This document shows positions 28,578-37,579 of a DNA stretch of 62,088 nt, one piece after another. The notes beneath the pieces were generated by a model. It was not told the DNA's origin. It saw nothing but the letters and a program-made list of their open reading frames with translations, and did no database searches. Source of the stretch: a virus (taxonomy: Duplodnaviria > Caudoviricetes). Each line of letters opens with the position of its first letter. Position 1 is the stretch's first letter. The DNA is taken from positions 1 through 62,088 of the IMG/VR virus record IMGVR_UViG_3300046007_006509; one strand, given 5' to 3'. Both the position numbers and the translations under genes were made by a program.

Positions 28578-30638
28578 ATGAAGTTAAAAACACTAGCATT
28601 TAGTATTGCATTAATGATGGGTAATGCATATGGTCAAACTACTAAGTTTGAAACTAGTGAGTATCTACTAAGTAAATCACTTAAATTAATTAATGCAAGT
28701 TCTGCTTATAATCGCGGATATACAGGTAAAGATAGTGTGATTGGTGTTATCGATACTGGTATCGATACCAGTAATGACCAGTTTAAAAATAAAATTCTTT
28801 TTGTAAATGATTTTTCAAGTAGTGGAACCATAATTGATAGAGTTGGTCATGGTACTCACGTTGCAGGTATTGCCGCCGCAGCCAGAGATGGTATAGGAGT
28901 TCACGGCGTAGCTTATGATGCAAAATTAATTATCGCCAAGGTAACAGATAACGGATCAGTCGGTACTGCTAACTTGATTAATGCCCTGTCATGGGTTAAC
29001 AGCACCGGAGCAGATGTCGTTAATATGAGTTTAGGCTGGATGGTATCAAGTAACTATTCTATGGCCAAACAAATCGGAACTGGTCTTTATTCAACAAAAT
29101 TTTCTAATACAGGTACTCTTCCAATTGGTAGTTTATTTGATGTGCCTGCCCTAGTAAAGTCTTTGCAAAGTGAAATGGTAATTGTTGTTTCAGCAGGCAA
29201 CGATAAAACAAAATGGTCACAGGGATTGGCAGGACTGGCAACTCTTACTGACAGTAAAGGGAATCTCGCACTAGGCGGTAGAATGATTATTGCCGGTAAC
29301 TACGATCAAAATTCAAATCAAGTTAATCCAACAAGTAATGGTGCAGCGCATTTATGCCAAAATGTTGTCAAGGGTGTAATGAATCAAGAATATTGTGCTG
29401 ATAAATTCAAGACATGGGAGTTTTACATTTTGGCACCAGGCACAAGTATTATTAGCACCGTGCCCAAGATAGATGGAATTCCACAAAAATTAGATTCATC
29501 GTTTAATCCAACCGGATTAGCTACAATGACAGGCACATCAATGTCAGCACCTGCAGTATCTGGAGCTGTTGCAATTATACATCAAATGTGGCCGCAAATG
29601 AAAGGTGCTAATATAGTAAGGTTGTTGCTTGTAACAGCAAACAAAACTATTCCCAATTACAATTTGTATGTACATGGACAAGGGTTGCTTGACCTAGAAA
29701 AAGCGACACGCCCTATCGGCAATTTGGGTATCCCAACAACAGGTAGGTTGTCTGGTCCCAATCTCACTAATGTCCGTCCGTTAGTTTATACGGGTGGTAG
29801 CGCAAGCACAGGTGGGTTGACTAATGTTATGGTTGTCGATGAATTTGAACGAGACTTTTATACTGATAGTAAATTGCTTACAGCCTATAAAGTTAAACCT
29901 CAATTCAATTTAAACCAAATGATGTTTACTTATGAAGGCAAAAATCCTTATGTGTTGTTTAATAATTACTCACATAAACACATTACAGGAAACAATTCTA
30001 TTGAATTTTCCATGTATAGAGATTTATACAACATGCAAAGCAATGTAGGTATGTTAGAGTTTGGATATAAAAAAGAGTATGATTATGCAAATGTAAAATT
30101 CATCGGTGGTTATTTTAACGAAGCAAACACTTGGTTGGGCAACACCATTGGTAGTTTTGCAGGTGAGGGTAATAATAAAAATAGTCATACTACTTACATG
30201 GGTCTGCATGTAAACAAGCAACTATCTAACACCAACTTATACGCTAGTTTTATTACAGGGGTAACCAATACAAATTCTAATAGTGAAAACATTACAAGTA
30301 TTGGCAAAGCATATAGTAATACCTATACTATGGGAGCAGAACATAATGTTGGAAATAATACCTTTGGATTAATGTACTATAAACCGGTAACTGTACATAG
30401 AGCTATGGCTGATATTGTTGCCCCTGTGGGATTAGATAATGAATTTAATATTATTCAAAACTCAAGAGCTAATCTGGCTGCATCAGTAAAAGAACATAGA
30501 CTTGGATTTTATCATAAGTTCGAAGATAAGAAGTATTATAAATCTATGGCATTTATCGAATCAAGGTATAATTATAGAGGTCAAGAAGGCATGAAAGACA
30601 CAGCAGTGGGTGTAAATTTTACTAAATACTTTCATTAA
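28578..30638 (+). CDS. secreted subtilisin-like S8 serine peptidase with a beta-rich C-terminal domain
   Basis: Signal peptide; triad motifs VIDTG, HGTHVAG, GTSMSAPAVSG; oxyanion SAGND. Confidence 0.93.
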   Translation: MKLKTLAFSIALMMGNAYGQTTKFETSEYLLSKSLKLINASSAYNRGYTGKDSVIGVIDTGIDTSNDQFKNKILFVNDFSSSGTIIDRVGHGTHVAGIAAAARDGIGVHGVAYDAKLIIAKVTDNGSVGTANLINALSWVNSTGADVVNMSLGWMVSSNYSMAKQIGTGLYSTKFSNTGTLPIGSLFDVPALVKSLQSEMVIVVSAGNDKTKWSQGLAGLATLTDSKGNLALGGRMIIAGNYDQNSNQVNPTSNGAAHLCQNVVKGVMNQEYCADKFKTWEFYILAPGTSIISTVPKIDGIPQKLDSSFNPTGLATMTGTSMSAPAVSGAVAIIHQMWPQMKGANIVRLLLVTANKTIPNYNLYVHGQGLLDLEKATRPIGNLGIPTTGRLSGPNLTNVRPLVYTGGSASTGGLTNVMVVDEFERDFYTDSKLLTAYKVKPQFNLNQMMFTYEGKNPYVLFNNYSHKHITGNNSIEFSMYRDLYNMQSNVGMLEFGYKKEYDYANVKFIGGYFNEANTWLGNTIGSFAGEGNNKNSHTTYMGLHVNKQLSNTNLYASFITGVTNTNSNSENITSIGKAYSNTYTMGAEHNVGNNTFGLMYYKPVTVHRAMADIVAPVGLDNEFNIIQNSRANLAASVKEHRLGFYHKFEDKKYYKSMAFIESRYNYRGQEGMKDTAVGVNFTKYFH

Positions 30639-30838
30639 TGTCAGAATTTAATCATACAATTAGAATATCATGGAAGCACGGTGATGAAATAAGTAATTGG
30701 AATGAAAAGTGTGTGTATGCTTTAGAAAATTTCGGCTTGCCGGGTGATCGTTTTATAACCCATTGCAATGAAGATTATATGGAGTTTATATTTAAAAAAG
30801 AAGTTGATGCTATTCATTTTGCCCTAGCAGTATTATGA
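30638..30838 (+). CDS. small LRW-family-like protein
   Basis: ENFGLPGDRF..FIFKKEVDAIHFAL. Confidence 0.6.
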   Translation: MSEFNHTIRISWKHGDEISNWNEKCVYALENFGLPGDRFITHCNEDYMEFIFKKEVDAIHFALAVL

Positions 30839-31083
30839 CTATTGTAGAAAACTATTTTGATTATACTAGAGGGTGGGAAAATACCAATGCAGGGTGGTAT
30901 GAAGTGCAATTACCTTGGACCACAAGAAATAAAAGTAAAGAGGCTAAGGAAATGATACAGTGGATGTATGATAATCTAGATGGTACTGAAAAACATGCAA
31001 GGTGGATAGCTTTTGAAGATTGTGCTAAATTTAAGTTTAGATATGAGCGTGATGCTATAATGTTTACATTAAGATGGTCTTAA
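30835..31083 (+). CDS. small LRW-family protein
   Basis: FKFRYERDAIMFTLRWS. Confidence 0.65.
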   Translation: MTIVENYFDYTRGWENTNAGWYEVQLPWTTRNKSKEAKEMIQWMYDNLDGTEKHARWIAFEDCAKFKFRYERDAIMFTLRWS

Positions 31084-31280
31084 ATTATAAATGGACATTG
31101 TCCCAACATAAAGAGGTTAACAGAGCACTAGAAATAGTACTCTACTTGAAACAACAAGGATTAGTAAATAATACAGATTTTACTTTTAGTGTAAATCCTG
31201 AAACTGAAAACACAGAATTTTTCTTCCACAAAGAAAATGCAGAAAAATATGCATCGATGATTTCACTTAAATTTTTATGA
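31074..31280 (+). CDS. small LRW-family-like protein
   Basis: FFFHKENAEKYASMISLKFL; coupled. Confidence 0.55.
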   Translation: MVLNYKWTLSQHKEVNRALEIVLYLKQQGLVNNTDFTFSVNPETENTEFFFHKENAEKYASMISLKFL

Positions 31281-31630
31281 CAAGTCCAATCGTAAAATAT
31301 TCACACAAAAACAAACATGTTGTAGAATGGCCTAGTATTGGACCAGTTAAAACAATAACCAGCCGTATGAAGTTATTGGAACTTATCTTTAATGAAGCAA
31401 AAGCATTTGAAGCGGGTTTGATGATTCAACTACAAGGATCACAATGTGATATATTGTGGCTAGATTTTACTGCGTTTGCTCAGGATGCTAATAGTTACTA
31501 TTCTGATTATTTACAAGATATGTATATTATACGGGGTGTGGTTTTTACTGAACAAAAATGTGCAGATATGTTTTACGATATTTTAGATAAAAAATTAATG
31601 TGGAGAATTCTAAGTGGCAGTACCGTTTGA
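31277..31630 (+). CDS. hypothetical protein
   Basis: Coupled ORF; VVFTEQKCADMFY resembles the family motif. Confidence 0.55.
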   Translation: MTSPIVKYSHKNKHVVEWPSIGPVKTITSRMKLLELIFNEAKAFEAGLMIQLQGSQCDILWLDFTAFAQDANSYYSDYLQDMYIIRGVVFTEQKCADMFYDILDKKLMWRILSGSTV

Positions 31631-31859
31631 ACAAATCAGCCCGTTCATCGAATTTGTTGAATATGAGATTGTAAACCCAAAAGACACAGGTAAAAAAGTA
31701 TTTCGTTGTAAGGGCGATCCAACAACAGTTATTAAATGGTGTAGAAAAAATTTCGGAAATAGGGGAGATGGCTGGGACTTTTCAGGTTCAGGCAAAACGC
31801 TAGATATAACAATATGGTCTAGTAGATTAATAACAATGTACACATTATGGCAAGAATAG
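31614..31859 (+). CDS. small LRW-family-like protein
   Basis: IKWCRKNFGNRGDGW, similar to NWCENTFGQGG of the ORF at 32544. Confidence 0.6.
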   Translation: MAVPFEQISPFIEFVEYEIVNPKDTGKKVFRCKGDPTTVIKWCRKNFGNRGDGWDFSGSGKTLDITIWSSRLITMYTLWQE

Positions 31860-32551
31860 TAAAATCACAATTAACAGAAAATACAGGATATATCGTTTTA
31901 GAAAAAATTATTCCTGATCACTTGGTCGATAGTATAGTTGCAAAATTAGATACACTGTATCCTGTTCGTGCTTCAAGTTCAACTAAAAAATATGCAGAAA
32001 AAGATGATATTAAAAATTTGACTGACATAAGTGTTTGGTGGAGTCAAATGGTTATGGATTGGCCAGAGGTTATTGAAATTAATAACCTAATCATCGATAA
32101 AGTTAAAGAACATTTACATAATGCTGAATGGTATGCTAGTGATATTGTGACCATTGAAAAACATAGTAAATGGATAAACCCCCATATAGACACACCGCAT
32201 CGTTTTAAAAAATATAACTATGATAGAAGATTACTAGGTGTTCAGGCTATTGTCTCACTTTTTGATTTAGATAAAACTACAGGTGTTACGGGTGTCGTTC
32301 CTAGAAGTCAAACACAAGATTTTAATATAAATTTATGTTATCAAGGTTTTTATAATACTTGGTTCATGAAAAACTGTGTTCAACCTAATTTACCCAAAGG
32401 TAGTGTTTTGTTTTATAATTGCAGAGTTTTACACAGCAGTATGCCAAATGAACAAAATAGTCCTCGCCCAGCATTATTGTTAAATTACTTGGATGGTAGT
32501 ATAATTGAAGATGTAAAGACTATGGACAATATTTGGGCAAGTAATGGTTGA
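31847..32551 (+). CDS. phytanoyl-CoA dioxygenase (PhyH)-family 2OG-Fe(II) oxygenase
   Basis: PHID (HxD), GVVPRS, KGSVLFY..VLHSSMPN..RPALLLNY. Confidence 0.85.
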   Translation: MARIVKSQLTENTGYIVLEKIIPDHLVDSIVAKLDTLYPVRASSSTKKYAEKDDIKNLTDISVWWSQMVMDWPEVIEINNLIIDKVKEHLHNAEWYASDIVTIEKHSKWINPHIDTPHRFKKYNYDRRLLGVQAIVSLFDLDKTTGVTGVVPRSQTQDFNINLCYQGFYNTWFMKNCVQPNLPKGSVLFYNCRVLHSSMPNEQNSPRPALLLNYLDGSIIEDVKTMDNIWASNG

Positions 32552-32777
32552 ACGAAAAAGCAAACATGAATACAGGGTACATCTAAGTAAGATTACTCCT
32601 AGGCCTACTTCCGCTGACGAATTGCGTGAGGCACAAAATTGGTGTGAAAATACATTTGGCCAAGGCGGCAGAAACAAAAAATATCGTTGGAGATATGGAT
32701 GGGTACAACGGACTACTGATGTTTTCTATTTCCGTAATGAAAAAGATGCATTGTTTTTTGTTTTAAGGTGGTCATGA
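32544..32777 (+). CDS. small LRW-family protein
   Basis: WCENTFG..RW..FYFRNEKDALFFVLRWS. Confidence 0.7.
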   Translation: MVERKSKHEYRVHLSKITPRPTSADELREAQNWCENTFGQGGRNKKYRWRYGWVQRTTDVFYFRNEKDALFFVLRWS

Positions 32778-33001
32778 ATAAATTTGATTTAGGTCCAAAT
32801 ATGGCCGATTGTCCAAATTACTGGGTCAACTTTATTGCTGAGATAAACAAGAAGCCCGGACTTGATGTGCCTATACGCAGAATTCAAAGTGAATTGAAAA
32901 AGTATAATGCAAGGTACAGATTTAGAGGTTCTTATCCATGTGATTACATTGAGTTTGAAAGTGAAAAAGACTATACATTTTTTGTATTAAGGTGGGCATG
33001 A
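32774..33001 (+). CDS. small LRW-family protein
   Basis: IEFESEKDYTFFVLRWA; ATGA overlap with the previous stop. Confidence 0.7.
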   Translation: MNKFDLGPNMADCPNYWVNFIAEINKKPGLDVPIRRIQSELKKYNARYRFRGSYPCDYIEFESEKDYTFFVLRWA

Positions 33002-33249
33002 TTTGGCAACTATCAAGGCATCATATGCTTCAAGACCGTTATAAGAATTTAGAAGTAGGTACAGTCGTAGGAATAGAACATGACTGGGTTCCTACATTCG
33101 CACTATTGCCTCATAGAACTATCAGTAAAAAATGGATATGGTTGCGTAAAATTTATATGCGTAGAGTTTGGGTTTATACAGGCTTTATTGATGAACCAGA
33201 AACACACTATGCTGAATTGTTCGATATATTGAAAGATAGCGATGGCTAA
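32998..33249 (+). CDS. small hypothetical protein
   Basis: W..FALLP.RTI..KWIWLRKIY pattern; ATGA overlap. Confidence 0.6.
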   Translation: MIWQLSRHHMLQDRYKNLEVGTVVGIEHDWVPTFALLPHRTISKKWIWLRKIYMRRVWVYTGFIDEPETHYAELFDILKDSDG

Positions 33250-33799
33250 TGATATAATGATTGATCTGGAGACACTTGACACAACTCCATACTGTGTCAT
33301 ACTGACTATTGGAGCTGTGAGATTTGATCCAAAGGGTATGGGAGTTGTTGAAAGATTAGAATTGCGTCCTACGATTGAGGATCAAACAGAAATACATAAT
33401 AGGATTATCAATGAAGATACATTACGATGGTGGTCTACACAGAGCCCTGAGGCACTTGAAGAAGCATTGGGAGACAGGGGACGCATATCATTTAGAGAGT
33501 GCATGGAGACCCTTTATAAGTTTTGTTGGAACCGTCGTGCTGTTTGGAGTAATGGTGCAGGCTTTGATATCGTAGCATGTGAAACTGGTATGCGACAAAC
33601 ACTAACCGAATATCCTAATCCTATTCCTTGGCCCTTCTATACCGCTAGAGATACTAGAACATTGTATGAGATTGCTGGTGTCAAGTTAAAAGATGGTGGA
33701 CATGTGACAAGTCACAAAGCAGTAGAAGATGCTGAACGACAGGCTATTGTCGTGCAACAAGCATATATAAAATTAATGAAAGCAGGATTAGCGACATGA
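33242..33799 (+). CDS. DEDDh 3'-5' exonuclease
   Basis: ExoI MIDLETL, ExoII WSNGAGFD, RDTRT, ExoIII HKAVEDA. Confidence 0.9.
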   Translation: MANDIMIDLETLDTTPYCVILTIGAVRFDPKGMGVVERLELRPTIEDQTEIHNRIINEDTLRWWSTQSPEALEEALGDRGRISFRECMETLYKFCWNRRAVWSNGAGFDIVACETGMRQTLTEYPNPIPWPFYTARDTRTLYEIAGVKLKDGGHVTSHKAVEDAERQAIVVQQAYIKLMKAGLAT

Positions 33800-34260
33800 A
33801 AATTTACGGGCAAATTTTACCCGGTATAAAACTTATAGAGCATAAAAAGCATATAGACCATAGAGGTGATTTTTGTGAGTTATGGAAAATCAACGAGGAT
33901 GCTATGCGCGGTACTTACAGACAGCTTAATTTAGCAACATCTACTAAAGGTGTTTTGCGCGGTATGCATCGCCAAGATCAAACTAAATTTGTAACCGCAG
34001 TAGTCGGAACAGTGTTTGATGTGGCTTTAGATGTTAATACTAAACAATGGGTCGCTGTAGAGTTAGACGGATCAAATGCGATACTGATACCGCCACAATA
34101 TGCACATGGTTATTTGGTGTTGTCGGACATGGCAAAAGTACAATATATGGTGGACGCGCCTTACAATAAAGCACAAGAAGAAAATTTTAATTACAATGAT
34201 TATGGCATTATTTGGCCTGCTGACATAGAGGTAATTTTAAGTGAAAAGGATAGTAAATGA
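33796..34260 (+). CDS. rmlC: dTDP-4-dehydrorhamnose 3,5-epimerase
   Basis: DHRGDFCE, GVLRGMH, VFDVALD, IPPQYAHGY, ILSEKD. Confidence 0.88.
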   Translation: MKIYGQILPGIKLIEHKKHIDHRGDFCELWKINEDAMRGTYRQLNLATSTKGVLRGMHRQDQTKFVTAVVGTVFDVALDVNTKQWVAVELDGSNAILIPPQYAHGYLVLSDMAKVQYMVDAPYNKAQEENFNYNDYGIIWPADIEVILSEKDSK

Positions 34261-34739
34261 AGATAGGATTTAATTGTAGTAGCTTCGACCTTTTCCATGC
34301 AGGTCATGTTACTATGCTTAAAATGGAAAAACAATTGTGTGATTATTTGATTGTAGCACTACAAGTAGATCCTACAGTTGACAGACCCGGAGTAAAAAAC
34401 AAACCTACTCAAAGTGTTTATGAGCGGTATGTGCAATTACAAGCATGTAAGTATGTAGATGAAATTCTAGTTTATTCGACAGAATACGATTTGTTACAAT
34501 TGCTTATGACACAAACAATCCATATTCGTTTCTTAAGTGAGGAGTATTTAAACCGCGACTTTACGGGTAAACAATATTGCATTCAAAACGGAATTGAATT
34601 ACACTATCATAAAAGACAGCACAACTATAGTTCTAGTGAATTACGAGCAAGAGTACATAAATTAGAATCATTAAAAAATAGTGAAAGTTTAGATAATGAC
34701 CATCCACAATATTCTCCGGAATTAATTAAAAATCCATGA
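34257..34739 (+). CDS. cytidylyltransferase-family (TagD-like) nucleotidyltransferase
   Basis: FDLFHAGH (HxGH), KYVDE, YSSSELR. Confidence 0.88.
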   Translation: MKIGFNCSSFDLFHAGHVTMLKMEKQLCDYLIVALQVDPTVDRPGVKNKPTQSVYERYVQLQACKYVDEILVYSTEYDLLQLLMTQTIHIRFLSEEYLNRDFTGKQYCIQNGIELHYHKRQHNYSSSELRARVHKLESLKNSESLDNDHPQYSPELIKNP

Positions 34740-35317
34740 AATTCAAGAGCGACATTGACATCGATTTCGGTGACAGGGAAAAAATATTGTCATTAATTGA
34801 ACATATTCCTGCCGCTATGCGTAAAGTTAGTCCCATGCGTAAACATGCTACCGGCGTATATGTTACAGAAATTCCATATGATCCTGTAAATGACATGGCA
34901 GCAATAGATTACGCTGAAGCAGAAACACGAGGATATTTAAAACTAGATTTTTTAAATGTGCATGTTTATAATCAGGTTCGTGATGAGCAACATTTAATAG
35001 AATTGATGCGTGAACCTAATTGGGACAATCTTAAAAATAAAGATTTTGTTGAAAAATTAATTCATTTGGGAAATCAATATTCAACTCTGCGTAATATGCC
35101 TGAACCAGTGAATAGTATTCCAAGATTAGCAATGTTTCTAGCTATTATTAGGCCAGGTAAAAAACATTTAATCGGAAAGTCTTGGCAAGATGTTGCAAAA
35201 ACGGTATGGGCTAAGGATCAAACAGGTTATACTTTTAAGAAAAGTCACGCTGTTGCTTATGCACACCTAGTTGTTGTGCATATGAATTTGTTAGAAGAAA
35301 CTACGGTAATCGTTTAA
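34736..35317 (+). CDS. miniature DNA polymerase III alpha (DnaE)-like catalytic subunit
   Basis: SDIDIDF, KHATGVY, GYLKLDFL, LAIIRPG, FKKSHAVAYA occur in DnaE order within 193 aa. Confidence 0.85.
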   Translation: MKFKSDIDIDFGDREKILSLIEHIPAAMRKVSPMRKHATGVYVTEIPYDPVNDMAAIDYAEAETRGYLKLDFLNVHVYNQVRDEQHLIELMREPNWDNLKNKDFVEKLIHLGNQYSTLRNMPEPVNSIPRLAMFLAIIRPGKKHLIGKSWQDVAKTVWAKDQTGYTFKKSHAVAYAHLVVVHMNLLEETTVIV

Positions 35318-35681
35318 CTAATGTTATACTACGTCTTTTCGACCTTCTTTTATGAAGTTCGTTCATACTAGTTACAGGTCCATGTAATACCATTAAACTT
35401 TTGTTCATAAAAGTGCGAAGATAGGGCTTGAAAGGAGCCCATTCATCCTTAAGGAAAAGGTTTATGGGGATAAGTCTATTACTTTCCCACCACCAAATAT
35501 CACCCAATTCTAAGAATTTAGCCTTTATATCAGGTTCAACTATGGAACCATAGTCATATATTGTTGTTACAATATCATCTCTGTTTTGTATTATGCCAAC
35601 ATAATCTTGGTTGGCATACGAACAAACTGTTATAAAAGGGTGATTTTCACTAAGTTTCTTAAAAAACTCATTCTGTAGCAT
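35301..35681 (-). CDS. hypothetical protein (late, divergent)
   Basis: 126-aa ORF with basic C-terminus; reverse TAAATA at 35707-35712. Confidence 0.7.
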   Translation of the reverse strand: MLQNEFFKKLSENHPFITVCSYANQDYVGIIQNRDDIVTTIYDYGSIVEPDIKAKFLELGDIWWWESNRLIPINLFLKDEWAPFKPYLRTFMNKSLMVLHGPVTSMNELHKRRSKRRSITLVKRLP

Positions 35682-35776
35682 TATTTTTTATTTTTCAAAT
35701 ATTGATTATTTAATCTGGGTAACCCGAAGTAATAATTTAATATTTAAGGCACTAAATAATAAAAAGGAATACATTT

Positions 35777-36559
35777 GTGTACTCAACCGCAGTTTTCATT
35801 TATACTCAAAGACAAATCGTTGTACTTTTATCCGGTAATTCAGCGAGGAGATATATGCCAGTCTATGCCAAACCATTAACCCTACATAAGGGTGTTGATA
35901 ATCAGATACAATTTCAATTCTTAAATCAGGAACAAAAACCAGTAGATATTACTGGCAAGTCTATTACTTGCAGAATTATTAGTTATGACGGGAGTGAAGT
36001 TTTACTAAGAAAAGCACTAACTCCAACATACGCACTTAATGGTTTAGCTGTGCTTACTGTTAATGCTGCCGACATTGAAGATATAGATGCACAGGCTGCA
36101 CACTATTCTTTAGAAATTCCAGTTGGAGAATTTGACTTTCCAGTATTCGTGGATCAAAATGCAGGTGCCCGTGGGGATATGAACATCGTTAATTCAATAC
36201 TTCCAGCTTTCATACCTTCGTCTAATATAACCATTCCCACTGGGCAACCTTTTCCTAACTTAGATCCTAATAATAATCAAGCAAATACCTTACCAAATGC
36301 AAACATATACTATAGTAGTGTTATCAATACTGAGGATAATCCAATCTTAACACTTCAAACCTCTATGATTGAATATAATGGATATATTAATATTGAAGGC
36401 TCTACGATAGTCGATGGGGATTGGTATAACATTTTTACAAGTACAGAATATGCTAATAACAGTAATACTCAAGGATATACGATAACTGGATACCATCCGT
36501 ATGTAAGAATGGTTTTTACAAGTAACACGGGCGCAATAACTAATATCCTTGCAAGGTAA
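35777..36559 (+). CDS. virion structural protein (BppU-like beta sandwich)
   Basis: TAAATA at 35753, AAGGA RBS, GTG start; FQFLNQEQKPVDITG. Confidence 0.6.
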   Translation: MYSTAVFIYTQRQIVVLLSGNSARRYMPVYAKPLTLHKGVDNQIQFQFLNQEQKPVDITGKSITCRIISYDGSEVLLRKALTPTYALNGLAVLTVNAADIEDIDAQAAHYSLEIPVGEFDFPVFVDQNAGARGDMNIVNSILPAFIPSSNITIPTGQPFPNLDPNNNQANTLPNANIYYSSVINTEDNPILTLQTSMIEYNGYINIEGSTIVDGDWYNIFTSTEYANNSNTQGYTITGYHPYVRMVFTSNTGAITNILAR

Positions 36560-36572
36560 AATGCCAAGATAC

Positions 36573-36601
36573 TTGTAAAAACATACATACTATGCTAGAA
36601 T
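36573..36601 (+). promoter_or_regulatory. sigma70-type promoter for primase-helicase
   Basis: TTGTAA, 17-nt spacer ending TGc, TAGAAT, 6 nt before ATG 36608. Confidence 0.6.
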
Positions 36602-36607
36602 ATTAGT

Positions 36608-37579
36608 ATGTTTGATATCCTATCTGTAGTCCCGGGCAGAAAAAAACTCACGCAAAGTGGATGGTATAGTTTCAATGCCGTTTGCTGCCATCATCGCGGT
36701 CATAAACCCGACAAAAGAAGTCGCGGCGGAATCAAAACAGATGGCGACAATTGGAGTATGCATTGTTTCAATTGTGGCTTTAAATGCGGATTCACATTAG
36801 GAAAAAGTTTAACAAAAAACACAAAGCAATTACTTACTTGGTCGGGTATTGACGATTCGCAAATTAGTAAATGGAACCTTGAAAGTTTACAACACAAAGA
36901 TTTATTAAGTTATGTAAACATAAAAAAACAAAAGAAAAAAATAAAATTTAAAGATCATGTATTACCTGAAGGTGAATTGCTTGATGAGACAAATCCATTA
37001 CACAAATTATATGTTGATTATGTGCAATCTCGGGGTATAAATGTACGTGACTACCCCTTTATGATTACGCCAAACGATGTTGGTCGTCAAGGTAATAGAA
37101 TCATTATTCCATATACATATCAAAATAAAATCGTAGGTCATACAAGTCGTTTTATTGACAATAAAATACCTAAATACATTAATGAGCAACAGCCCGGTTA
37201 TGTGTTCGGAATAGATTTTCAGAAGCCAGAATGGCAAGTTTGCATATTGGTAGAAGGAATATTTGATGCACTAAGTTTAAATGCCTGTGCATTAACGCAT
37301 AACACTATAAATGATGATCAAGTTGAATTGCTAGCACAATTAAATAGAAAAATTATTTTTGTGCCTGATCATGATAAAACAGGATTAGCAACTTGTGATA
37401 GAGCGTTAGAGTTAGGATATAGTGTTAGTATTCCTGAATGGGATGTCGATGTTAAAGATGTAAATGATGCAGTTGTAAAATATGGTAAACTTGTAACATT
37501 AATTAGTATATTACAAAATGCAACAACAAGTAAAGTAAAAATCGGAATACAAAGGAGAAAACTTGAGCATAGAATATAA
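36608..37579 (+). CDS. gp61: DNA primase (T4 gp61-like)
   Basis: Zn-binding CC..HCFNCG, RIIIPY, TOPRIM VEGIFDA and DHD, KDVND. Confidence 0.92.
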   Translation: MFDILSVVPGRKKLTQSGWYSFNAVCCHHRGHKPDKRSRGGIKTDGDNWSMHCFNCGFKCGFTLGKSLTKNTKQLLTWSGIDDSQISKWNLESLQHKDLLSYVNIKKQKKKIKFKDHVLPEGELLDETNPLHKLYVDYVQSRGINVRDYPFMITPNDVGRQGNRIIIPYTYQNKIVGHTSRFIDNKIPKYINEQQPGYVFGIDFQKPEWQVCILVEGIFDALSLNACALTHNTINDDQVELLAQLNRKIIFVPDHDKTGLATCDRALELGYSVSIPEWDVDVKDVNDAVVKYGKLVTLISILQNATTSKVKIGIQRRKLEHRI

